A stretch of DNA of 64,000 nt from NCBI RefSeq assembly GCF_001194135.2, contig NC_068986.1, forward strand, positions 96,016,965-96,080,964, in the 5' to 3' direction. Position numbers and translations under genes: made by a program. The notes beneath the pieces were generated by a model, which saw nothing but the letters and a program-made list of their open reading frames with translations, made no database searches and was not told the origin of the DNA. Shown here piece after piece: positions 10,836 through 23,990 of the stretch; position 1 is the stretch's first letter; every line of letters begins with the position of its first letter. This DNA is from Octopus bimaculoides. Lineage: Eukaryota.

Positions 10836-13635
10836 TAATTCTGTTTCTCAGACATAAAGTGCAGTGACAAGCGAGTCAACATTTCAGGAGTAAATGTACT
10901 GTATATGGTCTGGAACTACACTGCTGTATAATGTTTTGCAGATAGTTGGAGTACAGCAGTCAGGATATGTGGGGTGCAGTGTTGAAAAATGTATTTATTC
11001 AGAGGAGGAAAGATGTCTGACTCTGTAGTAGGTTGTCAAAAGAGAATGGTTTGACGTTTTGCAGTACTGTATATAGTATACCTCTTCCTCTTATTTCACC
11101 CTCTACTTATCTTTTCTCTCATTCTCATATGATAGATTAGTTCATCTATCTACAATGGCTAAATAAGCCTCACTGATCATCTTGTGGTTTTACACTTATA
11201 AAGCAATCAACTCCCAATTCATACAGATTTAGCTGAAATTCTGAGAATACCAAAGTCAATAACACCACCCCCATCTCAGGTGCAAAAACCCACTTCAGGT
11301 ACACACAGCAATGACCAACACAGACTCATTTGTACAGCTTGCAGTAATAATATTGATGGACATGTCATGTATGTACCATATCCTACTAAATATGATCAGG
11401 ATTACCAACAAAGACTCTGCCAGCAGCAATTTTATCTCCTAATAAACACCTATGATCTACCTGTGGCTACAAAACACTAACGTGATAAGATGTTACCATT
11501 TAATTTGGTATGGCTAGAGTTAATGGATGGTGAAGAGATTAAATAAATATGGAATTTATACAATAAACTCTGCAGATTGTTCTCCTTTCTAAACAGCAAA
11601 ATGAACATTAGATGTGTTACTGTTTAGCTCCAGGTCAATTTTGATTGAGTACACCTATGATCTGCAAGCATTCCAGCTTCAATCATCCTTATTAAGATAG
11701 TAAGGTGTTATTTGTAGGAATCTGACTACTATTCCTAGCAAGTCAACTGATCAAGTAGAGTCTTCCTCATTGGCTCTTATGTTAGATATTAATATGTGTA
11801 TAATTTTAAATCTGTTTTTCCAATGCATACCCACACACTATGATGAATAATATGAGTATATTTGCTACACCTAGTTCACTATGACCTATTTCTAGAATCT
11901 CCTTCAGGGTCCTGTAAGATTTCATGTCATAGCACTCCATCCTTATGGTGTTGTTTGCGTCTGACCAAGTCAGGCCAAAAAAGGAGCCTTGGAAAGTCAG
12001 CCAAATGTCACACCACACCCCATCATCTTAGAAAAGACACATTGAATAACATGCTTCTGGAGTCCTACACATAGGAAAAAGACCAGATGGTCACTGCTGG
12101 AATGCCAAAACTTCTGTCAGCATGTCATTTTGGCACTGTAGCTAAGACCCTTTAACTGGCAAATGGCCCAGCCTTGAAGCTCACATCTAAAGGAAACTGT
12201 AGCATCATACACCTAATGACTGTTTCATACTTGACTAACTTGCCTTGTCTTACATATACATACATAGATGCAAATATTGCTGTGCAGTTAAGTTCAGTCC
12301 CATTGTGTGGCACCTAGAGTATCTTCTACTATACCTCTAGAAAAACCAAAACCTTGTGAGTGGATTTGGTTGATGGAAACTGAAAGAAAATCATCATGCA
12401 TTTGTGTATGTATGTATATATATATATAGACACACATACACACCATCCTACCCATGTGGGTCTCCTTGGCATTGTGCAAGAGTTGTAAATAGGCACCACC
12501 ATCATACAAGCAGTATCTTTCACTTCCAATCTTCCATAAAAATATATCCAGCCATGAGGAAATATTACTATGCTCAGAAAAAGATGACAGGAAAGCATCC
12601 AGCATAAAAAAAACCCCCATCTCAAATTCCACAAGATCCATGCAACTATGGAAAAGTAGATGTTAAATCAATGATGACATACATGCACACTATTAAAAAA
12701 ATAAAGACATCACTAAATTATAAACACATGTGACACAGCCATTAACATTACATATACTGTGACTGTTGTTCTACACATGTGGCTGGTGTGGATTGCATAG
12801 GACTGTTCAAGCACAGCATTTTTGTTGTAACATGTCTTTTATAACTGAATGCCTTTCCTACTGCCAAGCACTTTACAGCATGGGCTGAGTGCATTTTATC
12901 ATGCCAGTCATAACATTGTTTGTTTGGACTACAAAGAATCCACCTCTATCTGTTTTGTCAATACAATAATAATAGTTTCTAAGTTAGGGAGGAGTTTGAC
13001 AATTTTATTAACTTCAGACAAAGGAAAGGCAATGTTGACCATGTTGGTTTCAACTCAGAATATAAAGAGCCAGAAGAGATATTACAAGGCATTTTTTTTA
13101 ACTTGGTGCTCTAACGATTGCACTACTTCACTGCCCTGATGATAATTTCTAATTTAGGTACAAGACCAGATGTTTCTGAGGAGTTCAGTTAAATCAATGC
13201 CAGTACTTACCCATTACAATCATTATTTTAACATTAACTTTCCCATACTTGTACGGGCCAGACAGGACCATATTGGGTCAGAGCTTTCTATGGCCAAATG
13301 TCCTCCTTAACATCAACTTTCACTTGTCTTCAAGCAAGGTAATAATAGTCCAGTTTATCAAATAACAGCCTGAGAATGGTTACATGGAGAACTGCAAACA
13401 AACAACATTGAGTGGGCCTTTTATTTACAGTCAGCAAATACACAAAGATGAGGGAAAATATATTCACTCATACACATGCGTGAGTGATATATATAACTGT
13501 CCAACAGATGGGAACATGAAACTGAGTAACAGTCTTGATAATTTTGCAACTTAAAAGTATATTACTCTACCTTCAGTATTTGAGTACTATTTTCCCCCAC
13601 CTTGTTTTGCACTTATGTGCTCACCCGTGTGCATG

Positions 13636-13667
<32 letters not shown>

Positions 13668-14644
13668 CTTCAATTTCTGTGCACCAATTTCACTCAAGGG
13701 ATTTGTTGACAAACAGCTATAGTACAGGACACCAGCTAAAAGCATCATGCAGTGGGAATGGATCCTTAACCATATGGTTCTGAAGTGAACTTCTGCCTAT
13801 TACAATGATAATTTTAGATGGGGTTAGTCAGTTACATCAACCCTAGTTTTCAACCGGTGCTTATTATATCAACCTTGAAAGAATGTAAAAATTAATTCAG
13901 TGGAACTTGAACTCAGAAAGTAAAGAGCCAGAAAAAAAATGCTACTATGCATTTTGTCCAGTGCAAGAACGATTCTGCCAGCTTGTCACCTAAATAACAA
14001 TAACAACAAAGTCATACAAGAAAAATATGTTTATACCATTTTAAAATACTATATACAAAAAAGTAAATATATTTGAATGTATAAAGATTACATGTGTATC
14101 ATAAAAACTTGCTATGACAAAATTGTTGCTGAGAATACAACCTACATCACAGACAGTTTACAAGGACACACATAAGATAGTTCAAATTAAACATAACCAC
14201 ATTCTCTTCATTCTAAAATATTCCTCATGCTGACACATCTGACCAGAATTCTGAAACCTTTTAAATATACATATTCAAGTTAAATGTAACTGCATTTACC
14301 TGCCCAAGATTGCTTCTAGTTGTGGTACAAAATTAATTATGAAGATTTTTAGTGTTTTAGTGATCATAGCAAAGGCCATGCTTTAGCACTGCCTGTCCAT
14401 ATTTAAATTAGAACGTTTTATCAGAATTTTATGTAAGAATAATATCAGTTTGATATTCTAAGTAATGAGTGTGGCTACAAAAAGGTTTACGTTACCAGTT
14501 TGAGAGGATCTGCTATGACTACTGCACCGTCACACTGAAGTGAAATGGCAGTATTTCAAGTTCATAAAGAAAAATTTCTTGTTTCTTCCACAGTATACAA
14601 ACTTCTCTTACACAAATTTACTGTCAACAAGAACACCATAATTT

Positions 14645-14875
14645 CTAGCTTTCTTCAGGTAGATGCTTCAAGATCCAGCTTTTTAGTAAGTGTAAAGTTT
14701 TCTTGTTGAATTCATGGTAGAGATTATCAAACATGTGAAGTTCGGAGTCAACTCCTCGGCTCTTCAGTTCGTTGTACGTAACACGACCCCATTCAGGCAA
14801 GACAAGGCTATCATCCTTTCCATGGCTCATGAACAATGGTGGCCACTGTGTCAAGTTGGAGCTAGTGTCGAGAGT
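14645..14875 (-). CDS. LYPLAL1: LYPLAL1 coding exon 5 (catalytic Asp, His; stop)
   Basis: gttcaccag|ACT; [30 protein letters not shown]...[25 protein letters not shown] (TAG). The polypyrimidine tract is weak, so the acceptor position is slightly uncertain. Confidence 0.88.
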   Translation of the reverse strand, partial: TLDTSSNLTQWPPLFMSHGKDDSLVLPEWGRVTYNELKSRGVDSELHMFDNLYHEFNKKTLHLLKSWILKHLPEES

Positions 14876-17800
14876 CTGGTGAACAGATTGTTTTGTTTTA
14901 TATGAAAAGAAAAGATTTAAAATACAATTTTTCAATGAAATTTTTGAGTTACAGAAGTGGTGGTGAGACCTATGGTAATGGACAGTGGCAATGATGTCAA
15001 GGTGGTGGTAATGGTTACAGGGGAAGAGGTAGACGTAGAAAGATTAAAAAAAAAAGGGTGCATTATTTGTTTCTATGACCAGAGGAAGAGGAGTCATTGC
15101 CCTATAACTTTCACAGATCAACACTGTCATTGATTACACTCGGTCACTTTGAATTTCTGTAGGAGAGACAGGGTTAGGAATGGAGTATCAGAGAGGAAGC
15201 ACTTTTGTGGCGATAGGATTGGCCCAGGTAATTAATGAAGAGTGGAGCCAGAAGAACTATGATGATGAGAGTAGAGATATATGTATTAGAGAGAATAAAT
15301 AATATATCAGATTTTAATGATGAGACAGTTGTTGATGGTAGCTTACCTCGTAAACAGATGATTTTTCATTGAGAAAACAGGACATGCCAAAAACTCCAGC
15401 CACAGATGGTCGAAACCGGTAACCTACATGCAATGCGGCACAGCCACCCATGGAAAATCCACCTTGAGAAAGAAAAAAATAATATATTATATATATATAT
15501 ATATATATATTATGCTCCGTTGGATGTGTAATGTCAATGTGAATACCCGTCAGAGTGTAAGTATCTTGAGAGAAAAGCTGAACATTAGAAGCATCAGTTG
15601 TGGCGTGCAAGAGAGACGATTGCGCTGGTATGGACATGTAGTGAGAATGGAGGAGGATAGCTGCGTGAGAAGACCCGGCAAGCCAAGTAAGATCGTTGCC
15701 AGTGCCCCTGGACTGGTTCTTGTGCGGGTGGCACATGAGATGCACCATTTTGAGCGTGGCCGTTGCCAGTACCGCCTGACTGGCTCCTGTAGGATTTTCN
15801 NNNNNNNNNNNNNNNNNNNNNNNNNNNNNNNNNNNNNNNNNNNNNNNNNNNNNNNNNNNNNNNNNNNNNNNNNNNNNNNNNNNNNNNNNNNNNNNNNNNN
15901 NNNNNNNNNNNNNNNNNNNNNNNNNNNNNNNNNNNNNNNNNNNNNNNNNNNNNNNNNNNNNNNNNNNNNNNNNNNNNNNNNNNNNNNNNNNNNNNNNNNN
16001 NNNNNNNNNNNNNNNNNNNNNNNNNNNNNNNNNNNNNNNNNNNNNNNNNNNNNNNNNNNNNNNNNNNNNNNNNNNNNNNNNNNNNNNNNNNNNNNNNNNN
16101 NNNNNNNNNNNNNNNNNNNNNNNNNNNNNNNNNNNNNNNNNNNNNNNNNNNNNNNNNNNNNNNNNNNNNNNNNNNNNNNNNNNNNNNNNNNNNNNNNNNN
16201 NNNNNCCAACCCATGCTAGCATGGAAAGCGGACGTTAAACGATGATGATGATGATGATGATATATATATATATATATATCATTATCATCGTTTAACGTCT
16301 GCTTTCCATGCTAGCATGGGTTGGACGATTTGACTGAGGACTGGTGGACCAGGTGGCTACACCAGGCTCCAATCTGATTTGGCAGAGTTTCTACAGCTGG
16401 ATGCCTTTCCTAGCGCCAACCACTCCGAGAGTGTCACACACAACCCAGTATCTCTTCTCTTTTTTCAGTTACAGAGACCACTTTAGGTCTTGAAAGTTAT
16501 GAGACAATCATCACTAGCACTGGCACCACGAAGAAAAGGATCCAGTACACTTTGTAAATTGATTATTGTTAGGTAGGTTTTCTACGGTTGAATGCTCTTC
16601 CTAAGTAGACATTGCAATATGATGCAATTCTCTTTCTCACCAAATCCTGTTAAACTGTCCACTCCATACCAGCATGGAAACTGGATGTTAAATGATGATG
16701 ATAATGTATATTTCAAATTGTATGATACAGTTATGTACCTAAGTAGAAATTTTGTGTAACAGTACATCATTTTGCAGGCTACATAACTGTTATAAAAATT
16801 ATATTTTTCGCTTCAGATAGAAAAATTTTAAATACCATATACACAAAGCATTGCAAAAGATATTGAGAGAAAAAAATTTGTTTAGAGTAATTATAAATAC
16901 TGATTTCAAATTTCGGCACAAGGCCAGCAATTCTGGGGGTGGGGCTAAGTTGATTACATTAACCCTAGTGTTCAACTCTTATTTTATCAACCCCAAACGG
17001 TCAAAAGGCAAAGTCAACCTCAGTGGAATTTGAACTCACAACATAAAAATGGACAAAATGCCACTAAGCATTTTGCCCACTGCCTTAGTAATTATGAATA
17101 TCTATACAGTATTTTGATAAAAATGTTAAAGCAGACTTTTTAATTAAATTCTATATTAGAATTTCTGCAAAATTTTATGAAGCTCAACATAGATCATTTT
17201 CTGGATAGCTTAGATGCAACAATTCTTAATGAATTAATAATCCCAGATTAACTGAAGCTTCTTAGCATTTTTTAAAACAATACATCCAAAACATAGCAAA
17301 TTTATGATGTTATGTTTATGTTATGTATGAACCTGGGCAAGACCAGGTGCTGTTGCTGGGTATGTGCATATTATACCTGTGGAGGCGCAATGACCCAGTG
17401 ATTAGGGCAGTGGACTCGCGGTCATAGGATCGCGGTTTCGATTCCCAGACTGGGCGTTGTGAGTGTTTATTGAGCGAAAACACCTAAAACTCCACGAGGC
17501 TCCGGCAGGGGATGGTGGTGAACCCTGCTGTACTCTTTCACCACAACTTTCTCTCACTCTTATTTCCTGTTTCTGTTGTGCCTGTAATTCAAAGGGCCAG
17601 CCTTGTCACACTGTGTCACGCTGAATATCCCCGAGAACTACGTTAAGGGTACACGTGTCTGTGGATTGCTCAGCCACTTGCACGTTAATTTCACGAGCAG
17701 GCTGTGCCATTGATTGGATCAACTGGAACCCTCGACGTCGTAAGCGACGGAGTGCCAACACACGTATATTATACCTACAACAAAGATGAATATTCTTAGA

Positions 17801-20800
17801 GCAATATGAAATGGTACCAAGAAGTTCATTATAGAATTTACTACACTTGAATAAATTCACGAGCTTTTGAAATATAACAAGACCACAAACATTGGTTGGT
17901 AGGCCTATCATCATCATCATAAAACCAACAAGTGTACCTCTTCGTGATTACCCAACTTGCTATAAATAGCAGCATCAAATCACACCCTTTCAAATAAGGA
18001 AATATAGTCATAGATACTCTTGAAAAGACTAGATGATCATGGCCAAAGTAGCTCTGCTTAATCGGGATTGACCTGGCATTGAACAACAATACTACTTATA
18101 TTGCCTTTAATGGAATTCATGCTTTTGTTGATCATGATGACAATAGTGTTGATAGAGGTGATAGTGATGACAGTAATGATGATGATTATGGTAAATGTTT
18201 AGTCTATACCTGACCCAAATGAACAGCCCTGACCCCTCCATCTAGGACCATATCTTATGTATCCTTTAATAATCCTACTCATTGACCCTAAAAGGATGAA
18301 AGACAAAGTTGACCTTGGCAGAATACTGTATCCTTTAATAATACTGGTGATGATAATGAAGAGAAAACAAAGAGTAATAAAGTGCTATTTCAATGATACT
18401 CACCAATGATTATCCTGTTGAAAGGTATACCATTTTTTATCTCAAGGTCAATTAGTTCAGAGATCTTTTCACACATTGGAATAACAGATTCATCTTCTGC
18501 TACAAATGGACTGATCTTCTTACGATTGAACCATACTGTACTCTGGTGTCCCATCATAGGGGTGTAGGGCCTGTAGAGATACATCAGTTTTACTGTGATA
18601 GGCACCATGGTTAGAGAGCAAAAGAATAAAGAAAGTATGCAGGAAAAAAAAAAGAGGGAGAAAATTGACTTGTTGTTGTTGTTGGCACTCCGTCGAGGTT
18701 TGCAGTTGATCCGATCAACAGAACAGCCTGCTCGTGAAATTAACGTGCAAGTGGCTGAGCACTCCACAGACACGTGTACCCTTAACGTAGTTCTCGGGGA
18801 TATTCAGCGTGACACAGTGTGACAAGGTTGACCCTTTGAATTACAGACACAACAGTAACAGGAAGTAAGAGTGAGAGAAAGTTGTGGTGAAAGGGTACAG
18901 CAGGGTTCGCCACCATCCCCTGCTGGAGCCTCGTGGAGCTTTAGGTGTTTTTGCTCAATAAACACTCACAACACCCGGTCTGAGAATCGAAACCGCGATC
19001 CTATGACCGCGAGTCCGCTGCCCTAACCACTGGGCCATTGCGCCTCCAGTATTGTATATTACTATATAATAAAAAGTCAATTTTGGTGTGATTTGAAGTG
19101 TGTCTGTGTACCTATGTTTTTGTTCGTTTAATGTCAGTTTTTCAATGCAAACATGGATTTGCATGATTTACAGCAGGTTTCTATGACTGACTACTCTTCT
19201 TGTTGCCAACCTTTACATATTATTCAAGTAAGGGATATCTTTATTCCAGAGATCTACAGAAGTGCAGAGCAACTGATTGTTATGTCAACAAGGAATAGCA
19301 ACACACACACACACACACATGTATGCAATGGGTTTCCTGCAATTTCCATCTACCAAATTTCCTCACATAGCACTGGCTGGCCCAGGGCTGTAGAAGAAAA
19401 CACTTACCCAGGGTAGTGCAATGGAACCAAATCCCAAGCTACATAATTAACACAGACAAAAGTTTAATGCTACAGAGGATAATGAAGCAGCTGCTGCATT
19501 TATTGATAAGCTTGCCAAGTTAGTTTCTGCAAAAAACGAAATCCTGAACAGGTCTACAAATACTGATGAGACTGCCCTGCACTGAAGATGTACTCCAAGA
19601 AAAGCACTGACGACAACTGAAGATACAGAGTCGCCAAGAGATCATAAAGCATTGCAAGATTGCATCACAAGGCTAGGCTGCATTCAACCTGCCTGAATCC
19701 CCAAGTGTGAGCTGCTGGGCATCAGCTAGAGTTTACACCCCAGGACCATCAGAGTTATGACAGTTTCTAGTGATTTTCTGTGTCAATAGGAAAGGGTAGA
19801 TGACAATTAACATTACACTGGGATGGTCTGAAAAATATTTTGTTCCTGAGTAAGAACTTGTCGAGACCTTGTTCACCTGGACCAAAATAATGCACATAAC
19901 TGCTCCACATATCCCAAAGTAGAACTTCTGGTGAAAAAATAAGTTGCTCGATATCTACCTCCCACCTAACTGCATATTATTAATTCAATCCCAGGACAAT
20001 CACACAATCATCATCATCATCATGCCTGCTTTCTATGATGGCACAGGTTGGCAACCACAGAGTCAATTCTTATTCGCAGTTACTGTTCTCCTAGACTACA
20101 TAGAGGCTCCCTCATTAACTTGTAATTAAAGTGACGATTATAGAGAAGGGACTTAATTGATTACATTTGCAAGCCTAGAGAAACAATGAGAGAACATGTG
20201 TGATTGCTTAACTTCCTAGTAATTTTAGACAAGTCTCCTTCAAATCAAGCTCTACCATCTTAAATAAATAAAGAACACTCAATAATATAATCTTATATAC
20301 TTTTAAAAAGACAAGACAGATTTGATTATAAGTTTCTTGTTCAGGGATGACATCAGGTTAAACAACAACCAGAGAAACAAAAAAAGAAGATAAGTACAGC
20401 ATGGGACTGGAGAAAGGCTGTTGATCAGTGTTCCAACACTTACCTGGCAGGGGCTGTAGGATACACAACTCGAATATGAGGAAATGCCAACTCGTGTCCT
20501 AAAACCATTTGGAGCCATTCTCTTATACCTTGACCAGTATCACCTATAAAATACCATCAGCATCATCAATGCACAAAAGAAAACAAAATGAATTTAAATA
20601 TGCAACCCCTTCTCCTACACAAAAATCAAATAATACATGTAGACCCAAGTTTAGGACACTTGTACTATGTTACATAATCAGAATAAACATGTGACCTAAC
20701 ATTAACTGAAGTGTTAATGAATGATTGGAAAGAATAGTTTTTTTCTACCCAAATGTATCAGTAGATGAATATTCTGTACCACTGACTACTACAGGGTGTT

Positions 20801-23800
20801 CCAGCTAAATTTGATAGTTTGCATGAAAGGAAAAGAAAACAATATGTCAAAATAAAAGTATTTTAAAAAATAAACAAATATCAACTAGATGATGGCTGGT
20901 GGGATAATAGTTTACTCAAAGTAGCCATCCTCAGCTTCCACCACTGCCTCAAGACAGCTCTGGACTCTGGTGCATGCATTCCTTACTGTGTCCATAGGAA
21001 GATCTTCAAACAGCTCCCAGGTTTGGTGTTGGAAACAGAGCAGTTGATGCCTGTGGGATTACAATCAGGGGAATTAGGTGGGGCCAGAAATTGGGGCTAC
21101 TGAAATCATAGAAATTCTCTGACAACCACTTCTTTCTGGAGGTACGGCAAGGAGCTGAACCCTGCTTCCACACATAGAGCCTTCCAGCAGCAACCCTCTC
21201 CAGCCATGGTTTGACCACAGTCACCAACAGCTTCATATAGCCATTTGAATTGAGCTTAAGACTTTGTACAAAGATGTGGTGTGACATGATGTCACCCTCA
21301 CTGGAGACACACCCGAAGAGCATCACAGTTTGGGGAAACTTGATTTTCATGATGTCCACGTCATCTTACAGCCTGTACACTGTTTACAGTAGTCATGTTG
21401 TTAGCATTTTGACACCTGGCAAAAAATCATTATGATGCAGGTAACTCTTTTCCAGTACTCAGGTGGCTTTTGGTCCTCCATGTCAGCTAACTTTTTCTCA
21501 ACTACAACTTTAATCTTTATCCTCTCCAATGTTGTTGACTATTCACATCAAGCTGTTTATGAAAAAGGGGACATAAAATAGTGAAACTTCGCCTGATCAC
21601 CCTGTATAACTACCATTGTATTGCCATCTATGTGTGAAAACATATTTCTCAACATTTTCATGGTTGCTTTTGTCTGATGGTATGTGTTAGATTGCTCAAT
21701 TTCAAAACAACATCTCTCTATTTGTCATGACTCTTCATCACCTTTGTGAAGTTCAGCATGCTGAGATCATTCCTCACCACTTCTGTGCACATTTTCCTTA
21801 GTCTTTCTCTTCCACAGATTTCTTCTATTTGCATTATTGAGATGTTTTACCCAAATTGTCATTTTTCAGTCACATCATAGGTCTATACCATTAGTCTACA
21901 CTCTGATGCCCAATTTTTTTCTCCTCACATTCATGCTCTGTCATTTACGCACATTTAATATCAACAGAGCGTGCTCAATTCATCTCCACCCCCCCCCCCC
22001 CAGCCATTGCATATCCTCTACATTCTTGCAGCAATATCACACTTTGTACTCAAGCATCATATAATCTGCCCTTCACTAGGAAATAAGCCCTTTGTTGTCA
22101 ACAGAACTTTTCTCATCATGATTTTTCATATTGTTAACAGAAGCTTTCAATTACTACTAAGAAGCCTTCTGATCAATTGATTCTTTCTTTCTTGGTTGTG
22201 TCTGCTGCCAGCTATTCCTATGCATCTTCTGTCAGCCCATCTGAAATCTCATGGCACCATTGAATCAGATATATAGTATAAAGTTTATACAGAACTGGTT
22301 GTTCATTCTCACTTTGTTAATAGCAAATCTACATGGCCCTCATAAACCTTTCCTCATCTCAATGTTTCTTAGCTACCATCAGACTATGGAACAAGATACC
22401 TAGTAAAAAGCCATTCCCAAGTTAATTCATAATGTACAGTGTTTTGTTCTTGGCAAAGAACTCCTGTAGATGTCTCACTTCAAAGAAGGCATCAATAAAC
22501 ATGGTGAGCGTCAATTTGTATTCAAGTATGACCAATAATCTGATGTTACCATGGAAGCTTACAAAAAGAGGACAACAGCCAGATACAGGTTTGCTGGCCA
22601 GTTCCATAAAGCAAGTTTTGCTTAGGCCAGGTTCTTCCTGATTAACAGGTATGCAATGTTAACACTACAAAGGACTACGCTTTCACTCAGCATGATGCAG
22701 AATCTCTCCATCATCATTGGAAAAGAAGTGACAAATATCGTAAGCTAGCAACGTGCAGGTATGCAATTATATACTTCCAGCTGATCGAGTCCGTATGTTT
22801 TACTACCCCTCCTTGTTGCATGACTTTATCTATCCATAGTGTGTTTTCCAAATTCCTGTGCATGAAATTAATTGGTGAGTGAAGCGTGCACAGATCTGCA
22901 CTCGTCTTAGGCAAGTATCTTTTTGCTCTAGCCCTTGGTTGACACGTAGCTTTATGACTGGAATTGGCTTGACAGAAACTGGAAAACCGTCAGATGGGCT
23001 GTACTTGCAATTCAAAGTTCCACACACCATGCCATGCTGATTCTGTCTGAATGCTACGTTAAAAGTGCATGTCTTTGTAGAATACTCATCCACTTACTAC
23101 AGCCTTGGGAATACTGAAACAATATGAGGGAAATTGTATAGAAGTTGGTCAGTTAACTGCACGCTTGCACACACACACACACACACATAAATTGAAAGTC
23201 TTTCAGCTTCTGGTCATCCAAGCCAGTGTTAGGTCACGGAGAGAAAAACAGTATTATCTAAAAATGAGTGCAGATCTGTGCACGCTTCACTCACCAATTA
23301 ATTTCATGCAGAGGAATTTGGAAAACACGCTATGGATAGATAAAGTGATGCAACAAGGAGGAGTGGTAGAACATACGGACTCGACCAGCTGGAAGTATAT
23401 AATTGCATACCTGCACGTTGCTAGCTTACGATATTTGTCACTTCTTTTCCAATGATGATGGAGAGATTCTGCATCATGCTGAGTGAAAGGTTTTCTTTCC
23501 AGCACACGATCTCAGATCAGGTCACTTGGTATGCAAGTACATCTCCGTAATTTAAAAACAAACATATTCCAGTAATGAATGAAAAGTACAGATGGGATAA
23601 AGCAGTCCAACATTACACAACTATAGTTTGTAAAAATTTGTAAGTTTCAAAGTTCAATACTAAGAGCTACAGACTTTGGCTTAACGTTCAAAATTATTTT
23701 GTCAAACAATGGTATTAAAACAGCGGCAATAAATAACATTTTACAATCATTCAGATGAGTTGAAGCTATCCTTGAGGACTTGTGTTCAAAATTTAAGGAC

Positions 23801-23990
23801 GACTCTGCACGTTATATTTAGGCATTTGTGGAGGATAAGTAATTAAATTAATTTCAAATTTATGAACTTCGCCAAAAAAAAGTAACATCCGCTTACCTGA
23901 ACCGTGGAGGAAGATAATTGATGCCGTACAAGCAGGACCTGTTTGGGCAACGACCCGTGGATTCAGCAACTTTACAGCAGATAATGCCAT
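14645..23990 (-). CDS. LYPLAL1: Lysophospholipase-like protein 1 (alpha/beta hydrolase), complete 235 aa multi-exon CDS
   Basis: complement join(23897-23990,20444-20543,18404-18570,15347-15462,14645-14875). GT-AG introns with matching phases. Motifs IFLHGSGDTG, YPTAP, WFNR, nucleophile elbow GFSMGG (the LYPLAL1-type, not the APT1-type GFSQG), HGKDDSLV (Asp) and LYHEF (His) give a complete Ser-Asp-His triad. Confidence 0.93.
15347..15462 (-). CDS. LYPLAL1: LYPLAL1 coding exon 4 (catalytic Ser)
   Basis: ttctcaag|GT ... GAG|gtaagc; [39 protein letters not shown]. Confidence 0.93.
15510..16260 (+). mobile_element. 5'-truncated RTE LINE (ORF2 C-terminus plus family A 3' UTR), spanning the gap
   Basis: [53 protein letters not shown] followed directly by family A units; the tail resumes at 16206. 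Confidence 0.8.
15800..16205. other. Assembly gap
   Basis: N run. Confidence 1.
16279..16435 (-). mobile_element. Family A tail, inverted, tail-to-tail with the previous copy
   Basis: catcgtttaacgtctgctttccatgctagcatgggttgg...ctacagctggatgcc. Confidence 0.8.
16915..17085 (-). mobile_element. Family B SINE
   Basis: ttttatcaaccccaaacggtcaaaaggcaaagtcaacctcagtggaatttgaactc. Confidence 0.7.
17379..17765 (+). mobile_element. tRNA-derived SINE family D (~380 bp)
   Basis: tRNA-like head GGAGGCGCAATGACCCAGTG...GGTTTCGATTCC; 11-bp TSD ATATTATACCT (17368-17378, 17766-17776). Confidence 0.85.
18404..18570 (-). CDS. LYPLAL1: LYPLAL1 coding exon 3
   Basis: ctctacag|G ... G|gtgagt; [56 protein letters not shown]. 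Confidence 0.92.
18671..19047 (-). mobile_element. tRNA-derived SINE family D, inverted copy
   Basis: Reverse complement of 17381-17760 with an intact A box TGGCCCAGTGG and (ACA)n tail. Confidence 0.85.
19475..19685 (+). mobile_element. pogo/Tigger transposase remnant
   Basis: [12 protein letters not shown]...PEQVY(frameshift)[15 protein letters not shown], matching the pogo PEQIYNADETGLFW motif. Confidence 0.65.
20444..20543 (-). CDS. LYPLAL1: LYPLAL1 coding exon 2
   Basis: ttttatag|GT ... AG|gtaagt; [33 protein letters not shown]. Confidence 0.92.
20792..21604 (-). mobile_element. Deleted Tc1/mariner-superfamily transposon (resembles maT/DD37D type)
   Basis: TA|CAGGGTG ... CACCCTG|TA termini; internal [16 protein letters not shown]...[12 protein letters not shown]...VKPWL...YVWKQGSAP...WLSENF...FWP (decayed DDD domain). 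Confidence 0.8.
22680..23489. repeat. Long inverted duplication (arms 22680-22903 and 23266-23489)
   Basis: 224-bp arms are reverse complements with about 7 mismatches by eye; the ORF track shows near-identical peptides on opposite strands. Confidence 0.92.
23897..23990 (-). CDS. LYPLAL1: LYPLAL1 coding exon 1
   Basis: [31 protein letters not shown], donor G|gtaagc. Confidence 0.9.

Noticed and set aside
15314-16222. Long ORFs of 200-300 aa over N runs (also 34888-35616, 37618-38327, 25317-25526)
   Set aside because: Artefacts of translating gaps as X; only LYPLAL1 exon 4 and an RTE remnant are real inside them.
17381-17455. tRNA-like sequence with A and B boxes
   Set aside because: No acceptor stem or 3' end; continues into a SINE body flanked by a TSD.
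17606-18822. Two ORFs ending in the same peptide [29 protein letters not shown]
   Set aside because: Antisense translation of the two family D SINE copies, not a duplicated gene.
19560-19600. CTGATGAG hammerhead-like core
   Set aside because: Encodes the TDE motif of a pogo transposase remnant; no GAAA or stems.
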